The notes under the pieces are model-generated. The model saw nothing but the letters and a program-made list of their open reading frames with translations. It was not told the DNA's origin and searched no databases. From Felis catus (Eukaryota), in assembly GCF_018350175.1 (NCBI RefSeq), contig NC_058378.1:71114001-71178000 (forward strand): a stretch of DNA of 64,000 nt, given 5' to 3'. Shown here one piece after another: positions 10,122-21,546 of this stretch (positions are counted from its first letter, which is position 1; every line of letters starts with the position of its first letter). The position numbers and the translations under genes were made by a program.

Positions 10122-10148
10122 CTAACTTGTTCCTTTCTTCTCCCATTC
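10122..10148 (-). CDS. AFAP1L2: AFAP1L2 last coding exon (EWEKKGTS*)
   Basis: ccctag acceptor, phase 0, TAG at 10124-10122. Confidence 0.93.
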   Translation of the reverse strand, partial: EWEKKGTS

Positions 10149-11023
10149 CTAGGGTGGCAAATACCAGCACCACCACCCGCCCCCCCCGCCAAAGAAGAGA
10201 GTTAGTTAACATTGTTCTGTGTATATGGAGGTTGCTACGGAGGGTAAGAAGTATTTTTTTTGAAACTTAGAGGCATTGGAGACGGTAATTGTTGTCTGTT
10301 CACAGTTTGGGGCACACATTAAGAGATTCGGAGACTGTGGCACAGCGGAGCATGCTGGGAGTGAGGGAGCAGAGCCTCACATGCTCATGTGGATTTAGGA
10401 GTTAGTCATCGGTGCATGTGCCCCCGAATCTCTCTGGTAGGTAATCAGGACAGAAATAAGGAACTGAGTTTGCCACCAACAAAGGCAGCTCGGGGCATGG
10501 TCTTTCGTAGGCGGAAGAGACTGCTAACACTTTAGCCCTCAGGGAGAAACCCAGTAAGGGCACGCTGTCCTTGCTTACACCTTACCAAGCCCTTGGCCAC
10601 CAGCTGGCTGGGGGGCTTTAGGCAAATCCTATCACCTGTCCCTTCAGTTTTAGTGGCAGAAGGCCTTTAAGAATCACTGACTTTCTGACTTGGAAACTCG
10701 CCCGTCACAGCTTGTCTCTGAACTCAGGCTATCACCCTGGAATCTACTGGGTAACCAATGGGTGGACAGTTGCAGGATCAAGGGTCCTCAGGCTGTGACC
10801 GGTAAGAACGTTTGGACCAAGTGCCCGCGCCTTTCTGGTTGCTCAGGGCCGAAGACGGAGCCAAAGGCACAAGGAAGCCTCAGCCCCTGCGTGAGAGCCG
10901 AGCGCTCAGAGCTGGCACCCAAAGCGGGGACGTGCTACCCTAGGCAGACGAGGGACCCCGCCTTAGTGACGGTTCTGCCGTCCACGGGGGCCCCGCAGGA
11001 GGCTGGGTGTGACCGCCGCTTAC

Positions 11024-11146
11024 CTTCGCTTTCTGGAGGACGGTGCCTTTGCCCGTGACCATGACCGAAAGAGGCCTATTCTTGAGTGCGGTGGCAGAGT
11101 TGACCGGGGTGCAGTCTGGGGCAGGGGTGGGGGTGGCAGCCTTGGG
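11024..11146 (-). CDS. AFAP1L2: AFAP1L2 exon (PKAATPTPAPDCTPVNSATALKNRPLSVMVTGKGTVLQKAK)
   Basis: cacag acceptor, AAG|gtaag donor, 123 nt. Confidence 0.94.
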
Positions 11147-11260
11147 CTGTGGTGGCAAGAGGAGAGCGAGGCCTGAGCCAAGGGCGGGGCACGTGACCCG
11201 CCTCCCCCAGCCCCGGCCCCGGAGGTCGTGCAGGCGGCCAAGAGGAACCGTGCCGCTCAC

Positions 11261-11454
11261 CCGGGGGCTCACGTTCTCCAGGTGGGTGGTGTCCACGGTG
11301 GTGCCCAGCGTCACGGGCCCGGCCTCTGCCTTCTTCAGGTTGTCCTTCACCTCCACGATGTTGAGCTCGAGGTCCACACGCCTGCTCTCCTCGACCCTGC
11401 ACTCCTCGTCGATTTCCTTCAGCTTCTGCTCCAGGCTGGCCAGGACTCCCTTGT
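11261..11454 (-). CDS. AFAP1L2: AFAP1L2 exon, coiled coil (DKGVLASLEQKLKEIDEECR...HLENVSPR)
   Basis: ggcag acceptor, CGG|gtgag donor, 194 nt. Confidence 0.94.
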
Positions 11455-12444
11455 CTGCCGAGAATTTATCCGGCTTCAGGGGACAGAACCCCGGTGGATG
11501 TGGCCCACAGTTCTGGCTCCACCACTCAGGGTCGGGGCCTGCGTGAGCATTCTGCAGAGGCTGGGGAAAGCTCTGGGGGGCAGAGAGCTCTGCCTTCATA
11601 ACAGGGCATAAGTCAGAGGCCAAGGTCCCTTCTGGTAGGTTCTTAGCAGGTATCAAAACTGAGGGCCCCTACTGTTGTAGCAACTGCCCAGGGAGGGAGA
11701 GAGCAGCTTTATTACTGACTCTTGGAGGATGCCTGTGCTGTTCCCACCTGCCCCACGCAGTCCCCTCAATCCTGCTGGCACTCAGGGCTTCTCTAAGCCG
11801 AACGGAGTGGTGGTCCTCAGTCTTGCTACTTTCTCAATCCTGTTTTATTGTCACCCTAGAGTTCTCAGATTGGTGCGGTAGCACCAAGAAATGCTGGCCT
11901 AGGAGCTCACCGCCAGGGGGAACAACGGTGCCATGTGTGTTCAATAGAGAGTCCTGAGCCAGCAGCCACTGGAATAACTTGGCCCTGTTTCCAAGTCTAG
12001 GGTAAGTGGCCACCTGTCAGCCCTTGTCAGAGGACAAGCAGTCACAGGGCCCACTGTATAAGGAAAAATTCACGGAGAAAAAGCTGACAAAATGTTAAAG
12101 ATGTTTTTGGAACCGGAGTCCTTGTTAGCAGTCAGTATCGCTACTTTGAGAATTACTTTCTTCAGGTCTGTGACTTACTAGCCTAAGATCTTCAGGGCTT
12201 ACTTGTCAGGAGAATACAGTAAAAGTTTTCTCCCACCCAGAAAATCCCCCTAGAAGAGAAAGGGCGGGGGATCCCCGGTTCTGCACCCCCAGCCCGGCTT
12301 GCTCTCCAGGTTGACAAGGACTGTGGCCAGTGCGCCTCTGGTCACGCTTGTTAGCGCACGTCCCAGCTCCGTAGGAAAGCCAGCTACTGTGTCCTTACCC
12401 CTGTGCGCTGGCAGCCAAGACCACTGGACCTTTGAAACCAGTAG

Positions 12445-12616
12445 TGCAAATTGATAGATTAGGGGCTGCCTAGGGATGGGAGGGTTGGGGGGAGACAGGG
12501 AGTGACTGCTAATGAGCGTGGCTGGTAAAAATGTACAGATACTAAAAATCACTGACTTGTACACTGTAAATGGGTCCACTGTATGATCTGCGAGTTGTAG
12601 CTCAGTAACGCTATTC
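12445..12616 (+). mobile_element. L1MB-like 3' end fragment
   Basis: gggagtgactgctaatg...cactgacttgtacact...gtatgatctgcgagttgtagctcagtaa. Confidence 0.6.
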
Positions 12617-12938
12617 TAGAACAAAGACAGTGGATGACTTTGGTGGAGGAGGGTCATGGGGGCACAGTCACATGCTAAGCTTCCCGGGAGTCTCTGGGTT
12701 TGTCCCCAGACCTGCTCAGGCCAGTTGTGTTGGTTGGTGCAAGTCTGCAATTTAAATAGCAGATAAGCACAAATACGGACTCTACGAAAATGACGTAAGT
12801 GCTTCGGGAAGGTCCTATAAAAGGCAAGTTTCTAGGAAATGACTGCTGACCGGTGGGAGGAGGATCTAGAAAATCATCTACAAGGAGATTTCCTGGCAAG
12901 TGTCTTAAGTGTGTGTTCACTGTAAGGAAACGAAGTCT

Positions 12939-13110
12939 GGGGCGCCTGGGTGGCTAAGCGTCTGACTCCGGCTCAGGTAACCATCTCACGGTTTCTGAGT
13001 TCACGCCCCACGTCGGGTTCCGCCCGCTCAGCCCAGCGCCTGCTTCCCAATCCTCTGTCTCCCTCCCCTGCTCGCCGGCTCTTTCTCTCAAAAAATGGAA
13101 TAAAGAACTA
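12939..13110 (+). mobile_element. Can-SINE (diverged)
   Basis: ggggcgcctgggtggct head, CT tract, A-rich tail. Confidence 0.85.
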
Positions 13111-13239
13111 AAGAGATCAAGCCTGGACATGATGGATGCCGCGGTGCAGGTGTGGTTAACACCGGAAAGGTGACCCGGGACTCCCGTTGGCTGGCCTACA
13201 CCTCGGCCAGAGGCTTTGGCACTCCATTACAAGAGGGAA

Positions 13240-13436
13240 CTTTTTTTAATGGCTATTCCTGAGAGCGAGACAGAGCACAAGCGGGGAGGGGCAGAGAGAG
13301 AGGGAGACACAGAATCCGAAACAGGCTCCAGGCTCTCAGCTGTCAGCACAGAGTCTGACACGGGGCTCGAACTCCAAAACTGTGAGATCATGACATAGAG
13401 CCGGTCACTTAACTGACTGATCCACCTGGGCACCCC
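13240..13436 (-). mobile_element. Can-SINE
   Basis: Antisense SINEC body ending cacctgggcacccc. Confidence 0.9.
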
Positions 13437-13734
13437 AAGACAGAAGGTGCTTTCAGTGAAAAGAAAACATGGCGGCCTAAATATGTAGTTTTTAGAGATT
13501 TCCTCCTCCCACCGGTTTTTTTTCCACTACCTCCTGGTCCTGTTGACGGCAGATCAGAGGGTCTCTGTACAGAATAGCAACATTTCAGACAGGATGGGGG
13601 AAGGACCTGGCAGGGGAGCACCCACCCGCACCAAACACCGATGCGGTGAAGGCTCACGGGCCCGCAGGCCCGGTGCGCAGATCCAGATTCTTCCCCCGGG
13701 AAGCCCACACCCCTCCACCTGGGAGGCCCCTTAC

Positions 13735-13890
13735 CTGTGCATTTTAACAGGGTCTCTCTCAGCTCCCGTTTCTCTCTCCGGAGCTGAGCCAGGTGCCCCC
13801 GGATTTCTTCCTTCTTCTTCTCGAGCCTCTCCTTCTCCTCTGTGTACCGCTTCACCTCGGCTTCTGTCCTATTCTTGCCCAGTTTGATCT
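13735..13890 (-). CDS. AFAP1L2: AFAP1L2 exon, coiled coil (EIKLGKNRTEAEVKRYTEEKERLEKKKEEIRGHL...LLKCT)
   Basis: tgtag acceptor, CAG|gtaag donor, 156 nt. Confidence 0.95.
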
Positions 13891-14148
13891 CTACAGACCC
13901 ACAGAGGAGAACCCCCAGGTCAGCCAGGCTGGGACACAAGGGCCAGCCCAACCCACGGTGCAGGCTCAGACACAACCCGGCCTGGCGGGGACAGACAAGA
14001 AAACTGGGCCCACGCTTTCTTTGCTGTGTGACTTTGGGCAAGTCCCTTCACCTCTCTGAACCTCTGCTTCCTCGTCTGAAAGGGAAGGAACTGGACTAAC
14101 TTCTGCAAGCCACTTCCAGAACATTCCACGCTAATCTAGCACAGGCAC

Positions 14149-14320
14149 CTGCAGTGGTCACCCTCAGCTTGTCCTTCACAGGCGGGCTGGCCCCCGCCGG
14201 GGGGACGGCCGTAGTGTCGGGGCAGCTCGATGGGAAGGAGATCTTCTGCTGTTCGGTCTGGATTTTGACTGTCGTGAGTCTCCCGGAAGGCTCTTCAGAC
14301 TCCGGACTCTCCTGCCGCGT
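14149..14320 (-). CDS. AFAP1L2: AFAP1L2 exon (TRQESPESEEPSGRLTTVKIQTEQQKISFP...KDKLRVTTA)
   Basis: agcag acceptor (an alternative in-frame cag lies 9 nt further in), CAG|gtgcc donor, 172 nt. Confidence 0.88.
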
Positions 14321-14405
14321 CTGCTTCGGGAGAAGGCGAACACGGCTCAGCCGGCCCAGGGGCCGCGAAGGCGAGGCCGGCCCACCTGCTAGAGGACAGC
14401 CTTAC

Positions 14406-14642
14406 CTGCAACTTGGGGTTCTCTGGGGGCTCTCCGAGGGGCTCATCTGGGGCAGGGCCCGGGTCTGCAGGGAGCGCCTCGGCTGGGGGGTCCAGGTGGG
14501 ATGGCACTGGGGAGTGGGCCCGGGTCTGTGCGCTGCTGGGGCTGTGCAGAAAGGACTTGACAGGCGTGAGGTCCAGGTACACTCGGTCCGGCGGGGGCTC
14601 GCTCACAGCGTCTGTCACAGGGGTGGCTTCGAGCGTTTCCAC
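14406..14642 (-). CDS. AFAP1L2: AFAP1L2 exon (VETLEATPVTDAVSEPPPDRVYLDLTPVKSFLH...ENPKLQ)
   Basis: ctctgcag acceptor, CAG|gtaag donor, 237 nt. Confidence 0.93.
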
Positions 14643-15271
14643 CTGCAGAGGAGAGACAGGTGGCTTTCACCACGGCCCCTGCTCCCCGGGCTGTGGAGGG
14701 GGCACCGGACCCGCCTCCTGTCCCTGCCCCGCGCTGAGTTCACAGAGACCAGCCTCCTGGGGAAGTTTCCACTGAGCTGGACTTACAAGGCCAGGGTTTG
14801 AGCCCTGGATTTGCTGTTCAGGAGGTGGGAGACCCAGGACATAGTACTTACTGCTCCTGAATCTCCTTCCTGTAGAGAAAGGGACTAGCGGTGCCTCTGA
14901 CCAGGCGGTTAGGATTCAGTGAGAGAATCCGCCGAAGCCCTTAGCACAGCACAGAGTTCAATGCCCAGGAACTGGAACCTGCTGTCACTATGACTATTCA
15001 CCATCAGTGTGGGCCTCGGTGGTTAATGGTGTCGCTGCTCCTGATCCCGACGCCACACCTCCCACCCCTCATACTGACCGGCGTGGTTGACCAGCTATGT
15101 TCGCTGGACCAGTCCCCAAGCCAGCTACGCTGCACAAAAGATGGCCTTATTGCACTAGGTTCCTGCACACTGCAGGTGACTGGGGACCTGCCAGTCTTAG
15201 GGACAACCTGCCGATCTCTGGCACTGAGGTTTGGTGGGAGGAGGAGGGGAGAGCCCAGCCTGTGTCCTTAC

Positions 15272-15383
15272 CATGGCCGTCAGCTCCGACACTTCCACGT
15301 CGTCATACAGCATCTCCTGGCGGTCCTGGCTGGGCAGGCCATCGATGTAAGTGTTTGGCTCTGAGAACTTCCTCTGCATCAGT
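15272..15383 (-). CDS. AFAP1L2: AFAP1L2 exon (LMQRKFSEPNTYIDGLPSQDRQEMLYDDVEVSELTAM)
   Basis: cttccag acceptor, ATG|gtaag donor, 112 nt. Confidence 0.95.
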
Positions 15384-15975
15384 CTGGAAGAGCCGGCAAG
15401 ATACAGCAAGGGGAAGATCAGGGCAGGGTGGCCCAAAGCCACCCGTCTCAAAGGACCTACGACAGCAGCCCAGGCCAGCTACGTCGCCCTCTCGGTACCC
15501 AGGAAAACGGATCCTGTTGCAGCGGCTGGGCCGGCTCCCGCCAGAGCCACCTCGGCATCCTGACCCGGGACCGCTTCTCCCTGAGCCCAGTCTGCTCGTC
15601 TGGAAAGCAGAAGAACGAACCCCGCTTATTGCGGAGCGAGCCTATCCCAGCAGGGGAGCCAGGACGAAGTGCTGAATCCGCAACAAGGAAAGGGGACGGT
15701 CAGGAGAGGCTCCGACTCTGCCCCGAGGAGCTGGAGAGCGTCCATCCAGGCCAAGGGCACGTGGCTGCCCCCGGCCCAAGGCCTGGCTCAGCTCCTAGCT
15801 CTCAGCTGCTCCCGGGGCCCGGGGCTTCCTGCTGCTGGACAGAACGGGGCTGACCCTGAGTCCTCAGCTGCCGCCCTGCGCGGCGGAACGGGCCACCGGA
15901 GGCCAGTCCGGGCCCCAGTCTTGAAGCGTGGCTGGGAATGGGAGAGCGTGAAGCAGAAGGCCCCTTAATACTCAC

Positions 15976-16121
15976 AGCAGAGAGGTTTTGGCCGCACTCA
16001 CGATACAGGACACCCTGTCGGCATCCACGTAGTCGTAGGTGAATTCCTCCGGGTCTGTCTTGGAGCCTGACTCAGAGAGCAGGAGGCCTAGCCAGTGGCC
16101 CATTTCCTCGGAAGACTTGGC
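15976..16121 (-). CDS. AFAP1L2: AFAP1L2 exon, end of PH2 (AKSSEEMGHWLGLLLSESGSKTDPEEFTYDYVDADRVSCIVSAAKTSL)
   Basis: cccccag acceptor, gtgagt donor, 146 nt; conserved PH Trp. Confidence 0.96.
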
Positions 16122-17131
16122 CTGGGGGGAGGCCGAGAGGCACGTGAGCAGCGCTGGAGTGCGTCGTCCGGTGCCCAGCCCTCCCGGCCCCGATGCCCGG
16201 CCGGGCAGGGCCCGGGAGAGAGCCTGGGGCCATGCTCCCTCACTGCCACTAGCTTCTCTCATCCCGGTGAGTCCAAATAACATTTCCTGCCACTGGGGAT
16301 AATGCCACCTCAGTGACGCCGTGGACATTTGTCCCGAGTATCAGATGTGATTCACACACGTGTATTTCTAGAAGGCCAAGGAGCCCGGAGAGGACGATTA
16401 ACACCATATGCATTTAAGGTCGACACCTCTATTTTATCAACAATCACAGGGCAGTTTGTCAACCTAATCCACACATACAAGACTGAATCCCTAAGACATA
16501 ACAAAATTCGAATTTCATTTCCAGTTTTACTACAGTCTTCCAAGAAAGGTTCTCTTAAATACCTTTCTTTATACCAGGTCAGCTGGCTCTAATAAATAAC
16601 TAAATAAATCCCGGTGAAGTTGGAGCCTGTTTTTTTTTTTTTTTTTTTTTTTCCCCCAGGGGACAATGCATTCTAATCAAATATGTACACTGGGTATCTT
16701 TTAAAATGCCAACGTTGCTTCTTGCCTTCCCCTTCCGTCCTTCCCCGACCCAGAAGCTGGAGGGGGCATCTCGAAATCCGAATCTGAGCCCGCCACCCTC
16801 CCCTGAACCCTTTTGTTCAGGGCCTCCCTTTGTATGCCAGTGGTTGTACCTCTGAGGGTCAACCCTCCCTCCCTCCCAGCCTCCCAACCCCGGCCTCCCC
16901 CCCACATGCAGGCTTCTGCACACATCACAGCACCCCCCATCGCGGCTTTCCAGCAACTGTAAGTAATCCACTGGGTAATTCGTTGAATAACACCCCAGTC
17001 TCACGCTAGAATCCAAGTTCTGTGACAGCCTGTCTTGTTCACGATATAACTGTACTGAGTAGATACCCGTCAACAGGACAGACGGGTGGATACAGACACG
17101 CTTGTCCCTGGGAAACAACCTGCGGAGCTTT

Positions 17132-17150
17132 TAGCCACCAGAGGGCAGTA
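17132..17150 (+). promoter_or_regulatory. Candidate CTCF site TAGCCACCAGAGGGCAGTA
   Basis: Close match to the CTCF core CCACCAGRGGGCRS, with an upstream TGCGG resembling the U-motif. Confidence 0.55.
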
Positions 17151-17721
17151 TTGGAGCACAATCTGGATGAAGACCCCGGCGTAAAGGACTAGGTGACCAG
17201 GGGTGAACCACGGGATGTTTCTTTGCGTGTTAAGAAGTCTGGCTCGGACCTGCCCCTGCTCAGTGCAAGGCATGAGGTCACCTCTTATTTTTGTAAATGT
17301 AACAGCACATCACACAGAGGGTGGGGAGTGGGGGAAAAGGTATCACAAACCTCGTTCTTGCCCCAGATAAGCTCTAACAATCGTCCCCTCTATGCACGGG
17401 GCCCCATCTGGTGATACACAAACCAAACCCACTGCGAATCCCCAGAAGGTTTTTCAAGCAGCTCAGGGAGTTATAAATACTCCTCCTGCCCTCAGGGCAG
17501 GAAGTAACTCATTGTCCCTTTCCTATAACACAACCACTCTGAGGTCAGAAAGGGAGTAGACAATTTTTTTTTTTTTTTTTTAAGCGCAAAGAAGTAAAAT
17601 GCAAGGGAGTAAAAATAACGCAGGGCTAGACTGCATCTCCGAACAGGATGACGGTCCGCAGAGCGCAGCAAACAGCCCGGAGCCCCGCGCCCCGTCGCCC
17701 ACCCCCGCGGGCCAGTGGTAC

Positions 17722-17933
17722 CTCGAGCTTGGCCAGCTCCTCGCCGTGGTGCAGGATGCGGAAGGAGTAGAGGTGGTCGGGGCTCGGGTCTGGGACCACC
17801 TCACAGCCCAGCAGGCTGACGGGCTGCTGGGCCACCTTGCTCCGGTTCCGGTCCAGGTAGAAGTGCAGGTGACTGTCCCTGACGGAGCACCAGCGGGACT
17901 TCCACTGGCTGTTGACCAGCACGTTCAGGTAGC
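17722..17933 (-). CDS. AFAP1L2: AFAP1L2 exon, PH2 domain (YLNVLVNSQWKSRWCSVRDSHLHFY...EELAKLE)
   Basis: ggcag acceptor, GAG|gtacc donor, 212 nt. Confidence 0.96.
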
Positions 17934-20166
17934 CTGCCGGAGGGGACAAGGGTGTCCGTAGCTGCCACCACCTCTGGGCCTCCTAGAAGCTCCCCCAGAA
18001 TCTCAGTTCCAAGACCTGTCGCGCTTCGCAATAGGTCTGTCCCGAGGGCAGCGAGCCGTGTCGTTGACTAGAGCAGGCGGGCGGTGCGGGTGTACAGGAC
18101 GAGGCCCCCTCACCCTCCTACCCCCACTGGCAGCCGTCTTCTTCACCGCCTCTGGTCACTTAGGCCACGTGCAGGAAGGTCCCCGGCCAGGGCCGCCTCG
18201 CTGCAGGTGCCGTCACGCGCTGACCTCCACAGCCCTAGTTCCGTCACCATCCCCGACGGACAACCTTTCCATCACTGGGCCTCGGCTGCCAAGTCCTCCT
18301 CCCTTCTGCCGGCACCCTCTCATCCTCCCCAGTGCGGCTGGCCTTGCTGGGCCCTGCCCCGGTCCTGCACTCCCTGCGAGGCCTTCCTTCAGAACCCCTG
18401 GATCCCAGAGCAGTGAAACCTGTTTCCGCGTCAGCCTCCCCAAGCGGACCCTGGGCTTCTCAAGGGCACGAACTCTGCCACCTTCACCTCCAGCGCCCAG
18501 GGCGCGTGCCCTGTGGCCTCCCCACCAGGGAGCCCCTCTCTCCGTGGGCCAGCAGAGGCGGCCAGCGCTGGGGTGCATCGGTCATGCAATCCTTTATTAT
18601 TCTCAAATGGTTGCAAGTATTGGGTTCCGCTTCCTGAGGACACGCCTTCTCCCTGCCTTCCACTTGGACATAGACGGAGCTGACACCATGGGCCCAGCAT
18701 GGCCTTGTCCCCGGGGCTACAGAGATGAGTAAAATCCAGTCCTCAGGACTCCCTGCACAACCCGTGGACCTCTCTCTGGGCTGCTCACCTTCCCAGAGGG
18801 ACCGGCTTACAAAGCGGATGCCTCCTCCATTCTAGAGGATTGGAAGCTGTTCTGAGCCCTAACTGGGCTGAACCAAGCCACGCAGCAGGTCACGGAGCCT
18901 GGCCACCTTCCGGCCCACCCAGTGCGGGGCATACAGTGGGGATCATGAGTCCCTCAAGGCCACGCGGACATAGCCACAAGGACACCTGCAAAGTAGAGGA
19001 ATCCAAGGCCAAGCCCTAGGAATTCTGGCTCATCCAGGCGGTGCCCCCACTTGTCTATCACAGTTCTCTGGACCACAGAGAACTCTGGGTCAAGAGAGCA
19101 GGGAGCCCGGATGCCACATCTTGAGGAAGAGAACAGCTATGTGCTCTGGCACCCTTCCCTAGCCACAGGGGACAGGGGCATGCTTCCCTGCTGCAGGGAC
19201 CTCCAGCAATAATCCAGTCACATCTCCCAGTGGCTCAGTGACACCAGGCTTTTGTGCCAAACACTGTGCCCCCTGAGGCTGCAGGGGCTGGCAGAGCTGG
19301 GCCACTACCCGGTGCCCTGGCCAGAGAAACAAGAGGCTCCAAAGGTGAGGGCCCCTCTGCTGATTTCCTGCCCCACCCGTCTACTCGGCCAGCCTCAAAA
19401 ACCACAACTCCACTGGGACTCAGGAAAGGAGCCCAGGGCTGGGACATGGGTTCCAGGAGGAAGAAGAAAAGGCCTAAAGGTGGATCATAATGGCCTTCAG
19501 GCTCCGGAGTGATCGCAAGGAGTCCCAGGTTGGGAGCCAGGACAGAGGCTCACCCAGGATGTTTTCTGGGACGGGCCTCAGTTTCCTCAAGGCTGAGAGG
19601 GGAGGAGAGATGACGTCTATGAGCCTAGCAGCACCCATAACATCCTCTGTACCCTTCTGTCTCTCCCTTAATGGGTCTCACTGTCCCCATCTCAGAATCC
19701 TTGCTCGTGCCCAAGGATGCCACCTCACCCTGTTTAGCTCCTGCCCGACCTTCAGGGCTCGGGCCTGATCTTGGAGTGGGAGAGGTTCTTTCCCTGAGTC
19801 CTTACAGCTATGACAAGGACACGGCGTGTGGTTTAGGGGTACGAAGCCACCGTCACTCCTGCGCCGTGAGTCGTCAGGGCTGTGTCCTCCCCCTGCCCGG
19901 TCCCCTTCCCCTAGCCCTGCTTGCCACGCTCCTTCAATACTGATCGAATAAAAAGAGCACTGGGGAGACAGCAATCAATTACCAGCACTTCTGCAAAGGA
20001 CCCAGCACTGCAGCAAAGACAGAGTCTGGTCAGGCATAAGGAACGGCCTGCAGCAAAGGTAAACAGCAGCCAGGAGCGACAGGTTCGCCATCGCCCAGAA
20101 ACGTTTAAAGCAAGACCGAAAATCTCTGCCTGTGCCGTGACAGCGGCCTTCGGCTACGGTTCTTAC

Positions 20167-20271
20167 TGGATGTCTCGAGGGACCTGTCCGGAGGCTCCAG
20201 CGAGGTAGACTTCTTCCGGCCCAGATTCATTAGGTTGCTCAGTTTGAGGCCAGTAGAACATTTCTTCTTGA
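20167..20271 (-). CDS. AFAP1L2: AFAP1L2 exon (VKKKCSTGLKLSNLMNLGRKKSTSLEPPDRSLETS)
   Basis: ttgacag acceptor, gtaag donor, 105 nt. Confidence 0.94.
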
Positions 20272-20810
20272 CTGTCAAGATGAGAGAGAAACCCATCAGC
20301 ACGGCACACAGCCCACCGAGGCGTCCCGATGAAAGACAGAAAGAAGACCAGACCCGTTCCCACTCCCTCTGCCCCTCCCTGCGCTCGGGCACACACGTGT
20401 TTGCACGCACACGCGCGCCTGCCCCCCAAACCAGGATGCACGGCCCAAAGTGAGGTGCCCCTAGAATCGCACATTCACGAGGGGCCCCCCCAGCTCCTCT
20501 CACAGAACATGTCGGCCCTCGAGAATCTCCGCGGACTCTTGGCTCAGAGAGATTGGGTCCGGGGTTAGCAAACGAGAAGAGATACAAGAATATTCCAACC
20601 CCAGAAAATTCATAAAACGTGACCCCAACGAGGTCATCTCTCTCTTTTTCCCGGATTTGTCAGCTGTGTTATTTCCAGGCAGTGTATAAGTTGGAGGCAC
20701 GTTGGCAGCAGCTGTCCAAACCCGTTAGGGTTGAGCCACACAGCCACGTCTCACGGCGTGGGGTCCCATCCCCCCTCCCAGGCCTCGGCTGAGGGCTACA
20801 AGCATTGTAC

Positions 20811-20895
20811 CATCTTTGGCCTCTGGGACCTCAGGGTGGCCATCTACGGAGCTCCCATATTCCGGGGCCGACCCGTACTTCTCCGTTACATCTGG
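20811..20895 (-). CDS. AFAP1L2: AFAP1L2 exon (PDVTEKYGSAPEYGSSVDGHPEVPEAKD)
   Basis: ttttccacag acceptor, ATG|gtac donor, 85 nt. Confidence 0.93.
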
Positions 20896-21311
20896 CTGTG
20901 GAAAAGAGGGAGACAGGTGAGCCATCTTGTCTGGGAACGGTTACCTCAGGGATCACGGTTTAAGGGAAACTAACAGATAGCTTTTGGGTGTCGCCTAGAG
21001 GTTCCTGTGGAGTCTGGGTCACCGATGGGACACTGGCCACGCTTCCCTTGGGCCTTCTGGGGGACATGCCTTCACCTTCCCTTTCGCTGCCCCATCCCAG
21101 AGACCGTCCTCTACTTCACGGCCACCACACATTCAAGTTTACAAGTTCTCAAAATGCTATTCGACCTGATGCAACAGCGGCCCCGTAGCCAGCGTGAAGG
21201 GCAGGTGGCCAGCTCTGGGGCATCAGAGTTGACGTCCCAGCCGAAGCCTGCTGTCAGGCTGGGAACTATCCAGACAGGAGCGTGAGCAAGGCTTTTAAGA
21301 ACTGACTGTGC

Positions 21312-21431
21312 GGGGGCGCCGGGGTGCCTCAGTCCGTTGAGCGTCCAACTTCGGCTCAGGTCATGATCTCGTGGTTCGTGAGTTCAAGCCCCACATCGGG
21401 CCCCGTGCTGACAGTGTGGAGCCTGCTTGGG

Positions 21432-21475
<44 letters not shown>

Positions 21476-21515
21476 TCTGCTCTTCCCCTGCTCACTCTCT
21501 CACTCTCAAAAAAAC

Positions 21516-21545
<30 letters not shown>
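21312..21545 (+). mobile_element. Can-SINE with long (CT)n and A tail
   Basis: SINEC head; imperfect TSD aagaactgactgtgc / aagaagggactgtgc. Confidence 0.92.
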
Positions 21546-21546
<1 letters not shown>

